Shown here: positions 7,201-17,000 of the stretch, in pieces
Numbering within the stretch: the first letter of the stretch is position 1
Layout: each line of letters begins with the position of its first letter
NCBI GenBank assembly: GCA_964343205.1
Contig: CAYFID010000002.1
Coordinates: 1-48,113, forward strand
Direction of reading: 5' to 3'
From: an uncultured Candidatus Poseidoniales archaeon
Lineage (GTDB): Archaea > Thermoplasmatota > Poseidoniia > Poseidoniales > Thalassarchaeaceae
DNA: 48,113 nucleotides
Made by a program: the position numbers and the translations under genes
The notes under the pieces: model-generated
The model's database searches: none
Told to the model about the DNA's origin: nothing
The model's input: the letters and a program-made list of their open reading frames with translations, nothing else

Positions 7201-9814
7201 GATCGGATCCGATTGGGTCTACGGATATCACGAATCGGGACGGCATGCCGTCTCCCTGTCCTCCGCCGCCTCCGCCGCCTCCGCCTGAAGTCCAGCAGTC
7301 CTCCAGAGTAAACTGGGACTGGGAGCCTGTTGGCCAGTTCCACATGCAAGCCCCACGATTGGTCCCCGCATAGACGCCGTTTGCATCGCTGGAAACGTCG
7401 TAGAACTCGAACGGGTCGTTGTTCCAGCCTGGTATGCTGGTTGGAAGGAGGTCCCAACTGTTGCCATCCCATCTGGCTAGTCCTCCATTGCTGTTTGCCC
7501 CGGAGTTCTGAACCTCTGACCCAACCAGCAATCCACCGTAGAAGTCAATCGAGAGTGTGTTTACGTCATCGTCAGGTATTCCGTTGGGGTCGTCGGGAGT
7601 CCAGAGATTGATGATGTCGCGGGTGAGCCTGTCTATGATCAGTATTCCAAGACCATTCAAGCCGAGATAGATGGTGTCACCGTCTACGGCAATGGGGGTG
7701 GAGTCCAGGTTGTCAACTCCCAGAGACTGCCAAGAGCCGATTATGGACGGAGCGCTGAGATCTAGCCGCATCACCCCTGCCTCCTCTGTGGCAATGTACG
7801 CAATCCCAAACCTAGTTGCGATGTCCCTGATACTATCTGAGTCCAGACCTTCTGCCACTGAGTAAGTCTCGGTGACGGTGTTTGAAAGAGTGGAGTACAG
7901 AGATACCCCCGAGTCCTGATGGCCTATCACCAGGGTGTCTGTGGTGGAGTCGAATGCCATGCTAGTGACGAAGTTTGAGTTTAGGCCCTGTGTACTAGGT
8001 CCCGCCTGTACGGACTCGAAGTAAGATCCATCCACATTACTTAGCCTGTGAGCTCCGCTGCCCGTAGTACCAACCCACACCCAGCCGTTTTCATCCTGCA
8101 CTATGGAGGTAATTTCCCCGGGATCGTTCACGCTATCCTGAAGGTCGATTGGAGGTTTCCACAGGTTGTCCCTCTTGTCCAAAATATCAATTAGGCTACC
8201 AGAAGCTATCCAGAACTCTCCTGCTTCCCCGTCATCGATTATTGCTGTAACCTGAGCATCGTCAATCGAGGGACTGCTAACAAGTGCAAATGACCCGTCG
8301 GGGGTGTCCTCCAAGACCCTACCCATAGTTCCTGTCGAGTCTCCAATCAGGATAAGGGAGGCATTTGGTGCTCTATTCAGCCCTCCTGGCCAAGGGGTGA
8401 TGCTTGACCCGGACTCAGTCAGGCCCAAGTCCTCAAGATCGATATCCGATCCGAAGAGTAAGACGTCAGTGTCGTATGGCTGAACTTGCTGGTCTCCAAG
8501 AATGTGAAGCCACCCGGGAGTCACAGCAAGACCTTCCACGTCATCAGTAGAGAGCCAGTTAGAAGATGACCACGATGGTAACCAAGATAGTGAGGATAAG
8601 TCGATCCGATCTATTCCTGAGTCTGTTGTGGCAATGTACAGGCAGTCGTTGGCTATGGCTAAATCAGAAATTGAGTCCCCAGATAAGACAGTCGTGGAGT
8701 CCCATACTACGTTTCTTTCGATTTCGATGACTGTGGAGTCGCTTGACGAGACATTGTACTCGATCACATGGACGCCGTGATTCGCTGTGGCTACGAATAG
8801 CTCTCTACCTACCACTATGATATCCACTGGAGTCTCGGTCTCCGAACCGGAGCAGAATTCTGCTGATTTCCAAGTTGCCCCCTTTGATGGCATAAGGTAG
8901 TGTAGCTTGCAATCAGTACCAGCCCAGAGAACGCCGAAGATATCTACGGCCAATGACAGGATTGGTTCGGATTCTGAAGAGTTAGCATCTGCGGGGAAAT
9001 CGTCAATTGAACTTGAATCTGATAGTCTCATGGCTGTGACATTACCATATTCGTCTCCCACGTAGAGCATGTCTCTATTTCCATCTGCAACAATGGACCG
9101 CCCAGCGATGTTCGGAACGATGTCGATTATCCTCTTGTTGGCATTGTCATCAAGTTGCAAGAGATCGTCGTCGACTAGCAGGTATAGCCTTCCGTCGATG
9201 TGATTGTATGCGCTTCCGTGTACTGAAACTTCGAGGGGGCTTAGGGAAAGCTTTGGATCGACGGGCCGGAGTGCCTCTATCACTAGGTCAGTAATCTCTA
9301 CCCCTGTTGGGAGGTGCCATGACGCATCGCTGATGGTATTTGGCTTGAGTGAGGAGTCCAAGATTCCTCCAACCAACGTTGGTGGATTCTCAGCGAAGCT
9401 GTTCTGACGCCCAAGGTCGCCAAGTCCACTCCAGTCTAGAACGCTAGTCTGGGTGTCCATTATGGCAATTTGAGGTTGGTTGACCCATATGCCATCGCTC
9501 CCGTTTACAGAAATTTCCAGGGTCAGGTTGTTGATAACGGCTCCAGGGGCGAATTCCATGATTAGGTCGCCCAATGCTGGGGTCCCGTTCTCCGTGTCGG
9601 CTCCTGTGGCCTCCAAAACAAACCATCCCGTATCGTTACTCCCGTTGACTCCCCAAGACTTGCTGGAAACATCGACCCTGTTTCTATTGTTATCAGATAA
9701 CGACTCGGTGCTCGTCAGTGTGGAAGAAATTCCCCCCCACGGAAGAAGGATTACGAGCAAAACTAGTCCGATTGCTCTTCCCTTCCTTCCAGTCATCTCG
9801 CGAGCGGGGTACAT
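1205..9814 (-). CDS. Giant (2869 aa) type-I membrane-anchored surface protein with multiple beta-propeller-like repeats and about six FN3-like modules, probably a glycoprotein or adhesin
   Basis: This is a single uninterrupted ORF. It starts with an N-terminal signal/anchor (RAIGLVLLVILLPWGG). Many repeats resemble 'two-component regulator propeller' blades, for example VQDENGWVWVGTTGSGAHRL and AVDIFGVLWAGTDCKL. The C-terminal third carries repeated FN3-like strands such as GGRINVTWDPNQEDDCSYHVIYILPA, GTAIDVSWDRSMSEDFSHYTVWVSDF and SSIEVLWKSSDDPQVISYSIYASN. A single C-terminal TM helix (MFIALISAMMVLLGAVLII) is followed by an acidic tail of about 110 aa. N-x-S/T sequons occur throughout. An alternative start is Met7 at 9796. 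Confidence 0.85.
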   Translation of the reverse strand: MYPAREMTGRKGRAIGLVLLVILLPWGGISSTLTSTESLSDNNRNRVDVSSKSWGVNGSNDTGWFVLEATGADTENGTPALGDLIMEFAPGAVINNLTLEISVNGSDGIWVNQPQIAIMDTQTSVLDWSGLGDLGRQNSFAENPPTLVGGILDSSLKPNTISDASWHLPTGVEITDLVIEALRPVDPKLSLSPLEVSVHGSAYNHIDGRLYLLVDDDLLQLDDNANKRIIDIVPNIAGRSIVADGNRDMLYVGDEYGNVTAMRLSDSSSIDDFPADANSSESEPILSLAVDIFGVLWAGTDCKLHYLMPSKGATWKSAEFCSGSETETPVDIIVVGRELFVATANHGVHVIEYNVSSSDSTVIEIERNVVWDSTTVLSGDSISDLAIANDCLYIATTDSGIDRIDLSSLSWLPSWSSSNWLSTDDVEGLAVTPGWLHILGDQQVQPYDTDVLLFGSDIDLEDLGLTESGSSITPWPGGLNRAPNASLILIGDSTGTMGRVLEDTPDGSFALVSSPSIDDAQVTAIIDDGEAGEFWIASGSLIDILDKRDNLWKPPIDLQDSVNDPGEITSIVQDENGWVWVGTTGSGAHRLSNVDGSYFESVQAGPSTQGLNSNFVTSMAFDSTTDTLVIGHQDSGVSLYSTLSNTVTETYSVAEGLDSDSIRDIATRFGIAYIATEEAGVMRLDLSAPSIIGSWQSLGVDNLDSTPIAVDGDTIYLGLNGLGILIIDRLTRDIINLWTPDDPNGIPDDDVNTLSIDFYGGLLVGSEVQNSGANSNGGLARWDGNSWDLLPTSIPGWNNDPFEFYDVSSDANGVYAGTNRGACMWNWPTGSQSQFTLEDCWTSGGGGGGGGGQGDGMPSRFVISVDPIGSDLLYAGTTEGAAVINTSNGTVVEVWSAGDDTDRARVVKFADVLYLGFENLGIARYNLSSGEWMVPWDGSQGILDDDDVTALIEGRQQGTMWAGGDFGLTLIDLYNGSVITQWGRGSNQDGPTLPNYSPAEILIVEDVMYYSPQRANSWNSRDEVYRINLNNNTSLSEIDAGDRLGFQGVIHGMNTIGDEVWISVVGTSGWGGSGDPGTIVRWNTTSNDWEDDLQTIGDVGRVNAQYLGDCYPLNGSCELWVAYGDNILRRFSAGNMTLLNQWNDVDGRIRGMVEYQGEYLFASMNGILRWNPANESWLPSWLPGDGLPSESELDFYSMKVVGDDLWAASGYGNDGHLMRLSGNNSNWSTWEVDSNEIPDGYGADIVLCHDIVNIAIGFTAWQWWATGGGIARFDLADHDGDGVTEEWISPITTDNSNLEDRDVRALACDEENAIMYIGFDTDDAGIDRFDYSSNNFLGTLTTDMGVSGNPVFPGGMLYDENLLLVSHYDGSGGITRVITSGSTASQGLVIGLGMDACSIVRAPTENNREYAIGRSGALSGINRVDRLDSTGLIEGGFDELVGLPSGVVNEMISNETHVWVSLGSSDDSYLGSTVLQGEILDNGSVNWQYGFDALFESINEIMLLDEEIWASTVGGGLFSFNLSQRTLHPTSPALHNQMDGLLMDGGQMYVGLMGWDGSSAGFQSFDPNNRTWGRGSLIAGLPSNIVTDFVQYEDHILVATHGGIGLWNLTRGDWDDPITTVDGLPTPISNHLFVPPSTVIGNGTVLIGGPTGIIALDQNLSVAGSIGRAQGLLGDFVSGIVYAEPVSRVVNDTSTGSTITIFHDASLFISHNGQGLTRPGATAWDLSTDSANGTYNIDMIPSNDVRAVATDQWGVHIATSSQPLVHWNGSSMSMEAGPGALDLQAWPILDLTSDGTNIAVISPSKISVVRSAGNHEVLAIGDLIGAISGDADSWMGLAAIGEDGLHIYRPMESLNEVDREAQRRATPLTAIFVDRTVDITESTLPGMSTVLVNHESTISIPIDANQANSSELLLYPGSITFSSPQKGSWVWVKSTILNYSGSWDLAALDPGIEESFQTAIFNTPPGSSSSSVHLQLQSPTEGKIKLRITYDWERLEAPTLMTSLYDRPNDGGGVLHASWLPAQDSAWTAYRIYLWDSTDNPDWNPTKDDLQGMPSYQRIPFWSQTTTIFTTGNSNGSETPLSDQRQYRAAITIEYPDGTLGEPISWEGNATPTDEVPIPPDWFIVEPVTGGIPGTVAAEWSACQELDPQMSRIWAVQQEITNALALSDPIDFAFAAGNSTVLELEGNVPYWFAISCVDESGQFDPANATVVGPVVTAGGLNDGIAPAPITGTSASDSPNDEGGRINVTWDPNQEDDCSYHVIYILPASGWTAPTSVDGWPVAAFVPDCTTESFTIDSIGNSSLENGLVYWVGVVAVDDWGNQNLDDVLVVETTSYSEFDSDEGFPPDPAFGLQAWDHPEDDGTAIDVSWDRSMSEDFSHYTVWVSDFPLDDLTAISSTCESSGQCGLITIDQRQIGNSPRLEITITSALYGTDASSLSLSGISPDLPLYVVVTVHDIAGNVVLTGLGDYLALVTPIDNRGDLFPPERVPPPTLEDRSPDSGDGIYVSFSASTAPDIGEYWIYAVAGVPFDSADGLEPALVLDRTEWGGQTLLETVSGGEAIQPDVPMWVAVVSVDSSGNSWMDNLKTSMISPVDEKSQDPGIHLPIVTEVMVYWDETESSIEVLWKSSDDPQVISYSIYASNMEFSDTRDAILVASSITSPNASFDSIGPTPVSPSSPYWLAVVAFDGVVHRLAVDPIRVYPLTEFSPGGMVTDRSPGDSSWFDQLVDGDLNMFIALISAMMVLLGAVLIIRPKDRAAPQPWEMGTLEVEMEEELAREARGISEEEEMDSTLRPQKEDEDQISQESTETPDAGLDEDWWDPDASVGDLLESDTEEIGLQDLNVLADDLDDEEDDSDNIDTSFIDEALED
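7259..7285. repeat. Imperfect trinucleotide/9-nt repeat encoding a Gly9 tract inside the giant gene
   Basis: The plus strand reads tcc tcc gcc gcc tcc gcc gcc tcc gcc, with the unit ctccgccgc repeated. On the minus strand this is nine Gly codons, in the protein context WTSGGGGGGGGGQGDG. Confidence 0.9.
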
Positions 9815-10005
9815 GTGGACGAACCGAGTCCCTCGATGTGCGATTTATGAAGGGTATGGGTAACCGACTGCGACTTGCTCGTATGGGTATAGATTTTCCA
9901 CAGAGGAAAAATAGGAATCACGGCCATATTGGCCGATAATCAAACGATTAGCAATAGGATAGCATCATAGGAGATGGTTCGTCCGGCAGCATCCGAGGTG
10001 GTCCT

Positions 10006-12294
10006 GTGGGCAGCAAGCAACTGCGCGAAGACGCGCTAAACTACCACTCCTCTGACCCTCCTGGTAAGATAACAGTAGTTCCTACAAAGCCTCATGGCAC
10101 CCAAAGAGAGCTTTCTCTAGCCTATTCACCAGGAGTGGCTTACCCCTGCGAAGAAATAAGAGAGAACGAGGATGAAGTTTACAATTACACCTCAAAGGGC
10201 AATCTTGTAGCTGTAATCAGCAACGGTACGGCGGTACTAGGCCTGGGAGACATAGGGGCGCTAGCTAGTAAACCAGTAATGGAGGGCAAGGGGCTTCTCT
10301 TCAAGGCGTTCGCGGATATCGATGTTTTCGACATAGAAGTGGATCGCACAGACGTTGACCAATTTGTAGAGGCCGTAAAGGCAATTGCGCCTACTTTCGG
10401 AGGAATAAATCTCGAAGACATCGGGGCTCCAGAGTGCTTCGAGATAGAACGAAGGTTGGTAGAAGAGTTGGATATTCCCGTGATGCATGATGACCAGCAC
10501 GGTACGGCAATTATCTCAGGAGCAGCACTTCTGAACGGTCTAGAAGTGGTAGAAAAGAGGATTGGTGATGTTCGCGTTGCGATTCTGGGGGCTGGGGCTT
10601 CCGCGATTTCGTGTGCCAAGCACTACCTGAGACTTGGTGTATCGGAAGATAACCTCGTTATGGTCGATTCGAAGGGGATCATCACCACTAAGCGTAGTCA
10701 AAATGGCGAGCTGAACGAGTACAAGGCGCAGTTTGCCAGAGACGTGAAGGAGGGGGGGATTGCCGATGCTCTGGAGGATGCGGACGTTTTCCTAGGACTC
10801 TCAAAGGGCGGCTTAGTAACACCGGAAATGATCGAGGGGATGTCCGATAGACCACTAATTTTCGCTCTGGCAAATCCTGACCCGGAGATAACTCCAGAGC
10901 AGGTAGCAAGCGTTCGTGAGGATGCAATAGTTGCTACAGGCAGGTCTGACTACCCCAACCAAATCAACAATGTTCTAGGATTTCCCTACATATTCAGGGG
11001 GGCTCTAGACGTTAGAGCGACTGAAATTACTGAGGGAATGAAGATGGCGGCTACCCGTGCGATAGCGGAACTGGCTAAGGAACCCGTGCCGGACGATGTT
11101 ATTTCCGCATACGAGGGAGAGCAGATGTCGTTTGGTGCCGATTACCTGATTCCCAAACCATTCGATGCTCGAGTGCTAATTTGGGAAGCGAGCGCAGTGG
11201 CGGAAGCGGCTGTGAACGAAGGCGTTTCCAGGGTCTCTTCTGACGAGTTCGATTTGAATACCTACAGAGAGGAGCTTGAGGCGAGACTCGGCCTAACCAG
11301 ATCGATCATGAGGAGGGTCATCAACCAAGCAAAGAGGAATCGCAAGAGAATCGTGTTTTGTGAAGGAGAGGACCCGACGATTATCAAGGCTGCATCTCAA
11401 TGCATATCAGAGGGAATCTGCAGCCCAATACTCCTAGGTCAGGAGAAAAGAATCGCCGCTGTTAAGGAAGAGTTGGGGCTAGATTTCGATTGTGAAACGA
11501 TTGACGTGAGATACGATCCCAGAAGGCGTGGAGAATATGCAGAGGAGATGCACCGTCTCAGAGGTAGGAGAGGTCTCACAAAGGAAGACGCGGTTAGGCA
11601 ACTAAATTCAGCTACTTATTTTGCCCCTATGATGGTTAGGAAAGGGGACGCGGACGGATATTTGGGAGGGGTTTCTCACCAATATCCTGACATCGTAAAG
11701 CCCTGCTTGCAGGTGATAGGGCCGGATCCGGATTCGCATAGGATAGTTGGCATGTACATGATGACCGTGAACGGACAGTTGATGTTCATAGGAGACGCAA
11801 CGATCAACATTTACCCTGATGCGAGAACACTTGCTGAGATAGCCATCCAGACAGCTAAAGTTGCCAAAAGATTCGGAGTCAAGCCCAAGGTAGCGATGCT
11901 CTCATTCTCAAATTTCGGAACATCTGCTGAGATGAGAACGGACAGAATTGAAGAGGCCATCGAAATAGTCAGGGAGATTGAACCCGATCTTGTGATTGAT
12001 GGACCTATGCAAGCAGATACTGCTCTTGTTCCCGATATTCAACAGGACTACCCGTTCATGTCATTCAGTGGCCCCGCGAACGTACTGGTTTGTCCAAACC
12101 TTGCATCGGCAAACATTGCGTACAAGTTGCTCCAGAGGGTTGCAGGCGCGGAGATGACCGGCCCCATTCTCGAGGGCCTATCCAGACCTGCCCATGTTCT
12201 CCAACGTAGAGACAGTGTAAGGGATGTCGTTCACATGGCAGCTATTTGCGCCGTTGATGCCCAGAGGGCGTCGAAGCAGAGGCTAACCAACTAG
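10006..12294 (+). CDS. maeB: NADP-dependent malic enzyme, MaeB type, with a C-terminal phosphotransacetylase-like domain
   Basis: The 762-aa product matches the MaeB pattern closely from the N-terminus: [10 protein letters not shown]...[11 protein letters not shown]...[10 protein letters not shown]...[36 protein letters not shown]. It includes a long PTA-like C-terminal half. The start is GTG, with gaggtg 5 nt upstream. Confidence 0.93.
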   Translation: MGSKQLREDALNYHSSDPPGKITVVPTKPHGTQRELSLAYSPGVAYPCEEIRENEDEVYNYTSKGNLVAVISNGTAVLGLGDIGALASKPVMEGKGLLFKAFADIDVFDIEVDRTDVDQFVEAVKAIAPTFGGINLEDIGAPECFEIERRLVEELDIPVMHDDQHGTAIISGAALLNGLEVVEKRIGDVRVAILGAGASAISCAKHYLRLGVSEDNLVMVDSKGIITTKRSQNGELNEYKAQFARDVKEGGIADALEDADVFLGLSKGGLVTPEMIEGMSDRPLIFALANPDPEITPEQVASVREDAIVATGRSDYPNQINNVLGFPYIFRGALDVRATEITEGMKMAATRAIAELAKEPVPDDVISAYEGEQMSFGADYLIPKPFDARVLIWEASAVAEAAVNEGVSRVSSDEFDLNTYREELEARLGLTRSIMRRVINQAKRNRKRIVFCEGEDPTIIKAASQCISEGICSPILLGQEKRIAAVKEELGLDFDCETIDVRYDPRRRGEYAEEMHRLRGRRGLTKEDAVRQLNSATYFAPMMVRKGDADGYLGGVSHQYPDIVKPCLQVIGPDPDSHRIVGMYMMTVNGQLMFIGDATINIYPDARTLAEIAIQTAKVAKRFGVKPKVAMLSFSNFGTSAEMRTDRIEEAIEIVREIEPDLVIDGPMQADTALVPDIQQDYPFMSFSGPANVLVCPNLASANIAYKLLQRVAGAEMTGPILEGLSRPAHVLQRRDSVRDVVHMAAICAVDAQRASKQRLTN

Positions 12295-13887
12295 AATCTG
12301 GTTGGGCCCTGAATTCCGGACTTCCTCGGAGCAGCCCGAAGAGTACTGTTCAAAATTCTCGATGAACATCTGGGCTAGCAGATTGGCTACGTTGTCGTAC
12401 TTCTTCTTGTCGTCCCAAGTCTCTCGAGGCTGTAGGATTTCCTCAGGTACCCCGTCACAAGTGGTTGGTACTTCGAATCCGAACCTTTCGTCTTTAACGA
12501 AAACGACGTTTTCTAGATCGCCGTTCAGTGCGGCGTTAAGCAGATTCCTGGTCCAATTAATCTTGATACGGCTGCTAGCGTCAGCTCCTCCAGCAATCCA
12601 GCCAGTGTTAATCAGCCAGCACTTCGCATCGTTCTCTCTGATTTTTTCAGATAACAAGTCTGCATACACCCTAGGATGACGAGGCATGAAAGGGGCCCCG
12701 AAGCATGTGGAGAATGTGGCTTGTGGCTCCGTCACCCCCATCTCTGTACCCGCTACCTTGGCGGTGTAGCCTGACATGAAGTGGTAAGCGGCCTGCTCTG
12801 GGCTCAGCTTCGAAAGTGGAGGTAAAACCCCGAATGCATCACATGTGAGGAATACGACGTGGCTGGGGTTTCCTGCCGTAGAGTCAGATGTTCGATTCTC
12901 GATATACTCAATGGGGTAAGATCCTCTAGTGTTCTGAGTTAGAGAGTCGTTGTCGAAATCGGGAGTCCCATCGGCGTTCAGAACTACGTTCTCTAGAATG
13001 GTTCCAGGAATCTTAGTCGTAGCAAAAATAGCAGGCTCATCTTCTTCTGAAAGACGAATCAACTTCGCATAGCATCCTCCCTCGAAGTTGAATATTCCGT
13101 CATCAGACCAACCATGCTCGTCATCTCCTACCAGTGCTCTATTTGGATCTGCAGACAGAGTGGTCTTTCCTGTTCCGGAAAGCCCAAAGAAAAGAGCAGC
13201 GTTATCCCCATCTGTGTTCGCAGAGCAGTGCATTGGAAGCAGACCCTTTGTAGGGAGAATGTGATTCATGATTGTGAAGATTGCCTTCTTGATTTCGCCT
13301 GCATAGTGGGTCCCTCCGATGATCACAAGTCCTCTATCAAGAGCAAGTATTACGAAAACATCCGAATTGACGCCGTCACTCAGGCTGGACTTCAATTCTG
13401 GTGCATGTAGGATAGTAAACTCTGGGACATGAGATGCCAATTCGTCATCCGTTGCGCGAACGAACATGTTGTGCATGAATGAAGCATGCCATGCTTTCTC
13501 GGTGACTAGTCTGACTGGCATTCTGTATTTTGTATCAGCGCCACAGAAGGCATCCTTTACGAACAGATTCTCTGCCTGGTTAAGGTGTTCTTGGGTCTTG
13601 GTCAGGAGCCGCTTGAATACAGCCGGAGCAGTAGGTCTGTTCACCTCTCCCCACCAGACATCTTCAGCCATTCCTTCCTCATCAACAATGAATCTGTCAT
13701 TAGGGGAGCGCCCTGTGCGCTCCCCAGTGATTGCTAGAAGAACTCCTTGGGACGTCAACCTCGACTCCCCCAGTTCTACAGAAATTGAGTGGAGTTCCTC
13801 CCAATCTATGTTCCAGTGAACCTTACCAGAAGGACTCAAGCCATGGTCAGAAAGCTGAACTAGCATTTCATGAGAGGATCTCTGCAT
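12283..13887 (-). CDS. pckA: Phosphoenolpyruvate carboxykinase (ATP)
   Basis: The 534-aa product carries the kinase-1a P-loop FFGLSGTGKTTLS, plus GDDEHGW and the typical PckA length and layout. Confidence 0.93.
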   Translation of the reverse strand: MQRSSHEMLVQLSDHGLSPSGKVHWNIDWEELHSISVELGESRLTSQGVLLAITGERTGRSPNDRFIVDEEGMAEDVWWGEVNRPTAPAVFKRLLTKTQEHLNQAENLFVKDAFCGADTKYRMPVRLVTEKAWHASFMHNMFVRATDDELASHVPEFTILHAPELKSSLSDGVNSDVFVILALDRGLVIIGGTHYAGEIKKAIFTIMNHILPTKGLLPMHCSANTDGDNAALFFGLSGTGKTTLSADPNRALVGDDEHGWSDDGIFNFEGGCYAKLIRLSEEDEPAIFATTKIPGTILENVVLNADGTPDFDNDSLTQNTRGSYPIEYIENRTSDSTAGNPSHVVFLTCDAFGVLPPLSKLSPEQAAYHFMSGYTAKVAGTEMGVTEPQATFSTCFGAPFMPRHPRVYADLLSEKIRENDAKCWLINTGWIAGGADASSRIKINWTRNLLNAALNGDLENVVFVKDERFGFEVPTTCDGVPEEILQPRETWDDKKKYDNVANLLAQMFIENFEQYSSGCSEEVRNSGPNQILVG

Positions 13888-14026
13888 CCCGTTCCCCCCA
13901 ACTTCAGGGATGAGGGGGGCGCCTTCAAGCGTTACGGCTTGGCACTTGACGACAAGATTCCATTCCTATCGCAATTAGGTCCTGTAGGGGATGTGATTAT
14001 GCAATACTGGCCTTGTTGGAGGGTCG

Positions 14027-17000
14027 ATGGCTGCTGATGAGCCGGATGACAAGATTATCCGAGAACGCAAGTTCAAGCGATCTTTGGACATCGATATTGT
14101 AGAATTTGAGGATGAGCGGAAGAAGCAAGAAGCTGTTACTGAAGAGGTCGACGAGGCTCTGGGAGACGTCTTCGACCCATTCTCACCGAGTGTCGCTGAA
14201 GCTCCCGGGGCAGTTGGGAGCGATGGGGCCGTGGAGCACCCTCACGAAAGTGATCTAGTTACCGAATTATCCGTAGACGGTGAGAGAAAGGTGAACTGGG
14301 TCATTATGGGATCAATGATCGTTCTTTACAGTGCAATTAGCATCCAGGTTGGAAGGACTTTTGATCCACTTCCTGGAACAGTTGTTCTTGTACTATTGGC
14401 AATGATTGGGTTCGTGCTAGGAGAAATCTGGGTTCCCAGACAAAGAATGTCTTTGCTAGGAGTAACTTGGATAATTATCTCGATGAAGGTCCTATACGGT
14501 CTTGCGTTGGAACTAAGGCATTGGGAAATAATTGGGGACGACCTGTATCTTGGGCTAGCACTACTGTTTCTAGTGGGAGTCAATATCTTGGTCGCATACA
14601 GATACGACCATGATGCAATTGCAGCGCAATCTACACTAGTACTTCTTGCAATTGGTTCCACTGCTGGAACCGAATTTGGAGAAAACGGGGTTGCTTTGAT
14701 GATTCTTATTGCAACAATCCTGCTCCATGGGATTGCCATTAACAGAGAATCTGGCAACCTTGCATCTCTTGGAATTGCTTCCTCGAACTTGTGGATTGGA
14801 ATGCATGCTGCAACTTCAGGGTTTGAGATTGGTCAATTGCGGGTTTTGCCTCTCGAGACGCCTTTGCTGTTGTTCCTTCTTCTGATGGCAGTTTCCGCTC
14901 TAAATGCCATTATGGCGGCAAAGTTTGCAAAGAAGTCTAACTGGTTCTCCAAGGGATTTGAAACACTGGGTTTGGGCAGGCCAGGACTCTGGGGGGTTTC
15001 GATTTCTCTGGGTATGGTTGGTGCATTTATGGTTGTGGCTTCCCACAGAGAAGACCTAGGGTACGCACTGGGAATAGTGACCTTTCTTGGAGGTGCATTC
15101 GGAGGCTCATACCTGGTGGTCAGGGGAGTGGAGCCCCGTAGAGTTGCATGGCCTCTGCTATCATCTGCATCGATTCTGACTGTTGTATTGTTATCCTCTG
15201 AGACAGTAGAAAATCTACTGGGAATCTCATCATATCAAATCTTCACTTTGGTAGGAGCGGCCTTGACTGGTTGGGTAATTCTGAGGGATCAGGAGAGCGT
15301 CACAGATAGAGTTCTGTGGATCGGGTCGGTCGTTATCCTGGCAATTCTGGTCCTACTAGTCCCAGCTGGGCCTTCTAGAGACGGTGGGGGGGTAGTTTTG
15401 CTAGGGACCTTGTCTGTACTTCATCTGGGGACAGCGTCTCTTGCAATAAAGAGGGATTCACCATCTCTATCAGGGGTTACGGCGCTTCTTCCGTGGACCT
15501 GGCTACTGGTTGTGGGTTTGCTTGAAGAGACGTTGCGTACAGTAATGCTTGCCAACGACATTTCAGACTGGAATGGGTTTGTCGATCTGTCTCCAATCCC
15601 TCTAGCAGCTTATTTGGGGCTTTCCTCTATGCTCCTATTCCTAGTCAACATTAGGATGGGAGAAGGGGGCGTAAACCTAGCTTCACGTTTCCTTGGAATA
15701 TCGGAGCTTTCATCTTCAATCAGAGATTCTGGAGTACTCAACCTCTGGAGCATGGGACTCTGGCTTCCCATGTTGACGATATTTTTCATGGCTCAATTCG
15801 ATGGCTTCACGACAGTTTCGATAGTCGCAGTTTTGGCTATCCTATCGGGGGTTCACGTATTGGGCCAGGTCTTGGGGTATAGGAATAATGGGGTCGATGG
15901 GATTATCGGAATCCTAGCTATCTCTAGCTTGGCTGTTCAATGGAGGCATGGTCTTGATGAAGCGATGATGACCCTACTGTGCATATCAATCGCATCGATA
16001 TTATACTTCGGTGAGGAAGAAGAATTCGGCCTTGGTTTGGGCGTAATGTCGATGCCGATAATCATATCTATCGCAAGAAAAGAGCCTACTTACTTGCTTG
16101 AAACTCCATCTTGGTATGCAGAGTGGGGGGGGAGGTCAGCCTTACCGGATCTAGAAACTGTCACGATACTCTGCACGGCAACAATTCTGGGAGTTTACCT
16201 TCCCAGAGCAGAAAAAATGGAAAGTATGCTAAAGTCCGCGGGCGCGGCATTTTTCCTACTAGTGGTAACCAACGTAATGGCACTAGATTCAGATGCGCTG
16301 ATTGTAAAGTCATCTTCAGTTGCAATGTTCGCAATAGTCTCTATTTGGCTAATCTCCAGAGCTGAAATCAGATCTGAGCTGCGGAGTGTTGCACTTAGAG
16401 ACGCGATTGTTAGTTCGACACTAGTAAGTGGGGCTTTGAATGGCAATTTAGTAGGTAACTCTAGCAAAGATTCGCAACAAGACCCCCTAGTATCAACATA
16501 CAATCCAAAAATCGCAGAGATGGCACAAAAAAGGAAGAAGGATAAAGAGAAACCAGATACTGAAGATCTGGCTGAGCTGTTAACTTCTGACCTAAGCCAT
16601 ACCCCAGTAATCGGCTTGTTAGTAATAGGAATCGTGATGTCCGCATCTGTGATATTTGCTGCGATGGGTTCATCGGTTCTGATGCTAATTGTCTCAGGAA
16701 GCTTCAGCTGCATAATAGTACTTCAGATTAGAAATCGCACCAGGGGACTTGAACTGGACCTTCCACATGTGTTGGGAATGGAAATGCCAATCGCACTCAC
16801 GATTTCCGGGATCTGCCTCGCCCTTGTTACGGCACACATTATTCCAGTGGATAGCAGTCCTAACGAGCTCCTCGACATGGCCGTTGCATCAGTACTTATT
16901 CTCGTTCTTACTATTATTTCTCTTCTCCACCAGAAAAACTTGCTTGACAGGATCGAGATTGCATTAGATTGGTTCGTTTTCCCTATCCTAGCAGCTCGTC

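Noticed and set aside
9922-9934. Palindrome ggcca-tat-tggcc in the divergent giant-gene/maeB promoter region, considered as a possible operator
   Set aside because: The stem is only 5 bp and occurs once, with no second half-site or repeat nearby, so it is indistinguishable from chance.
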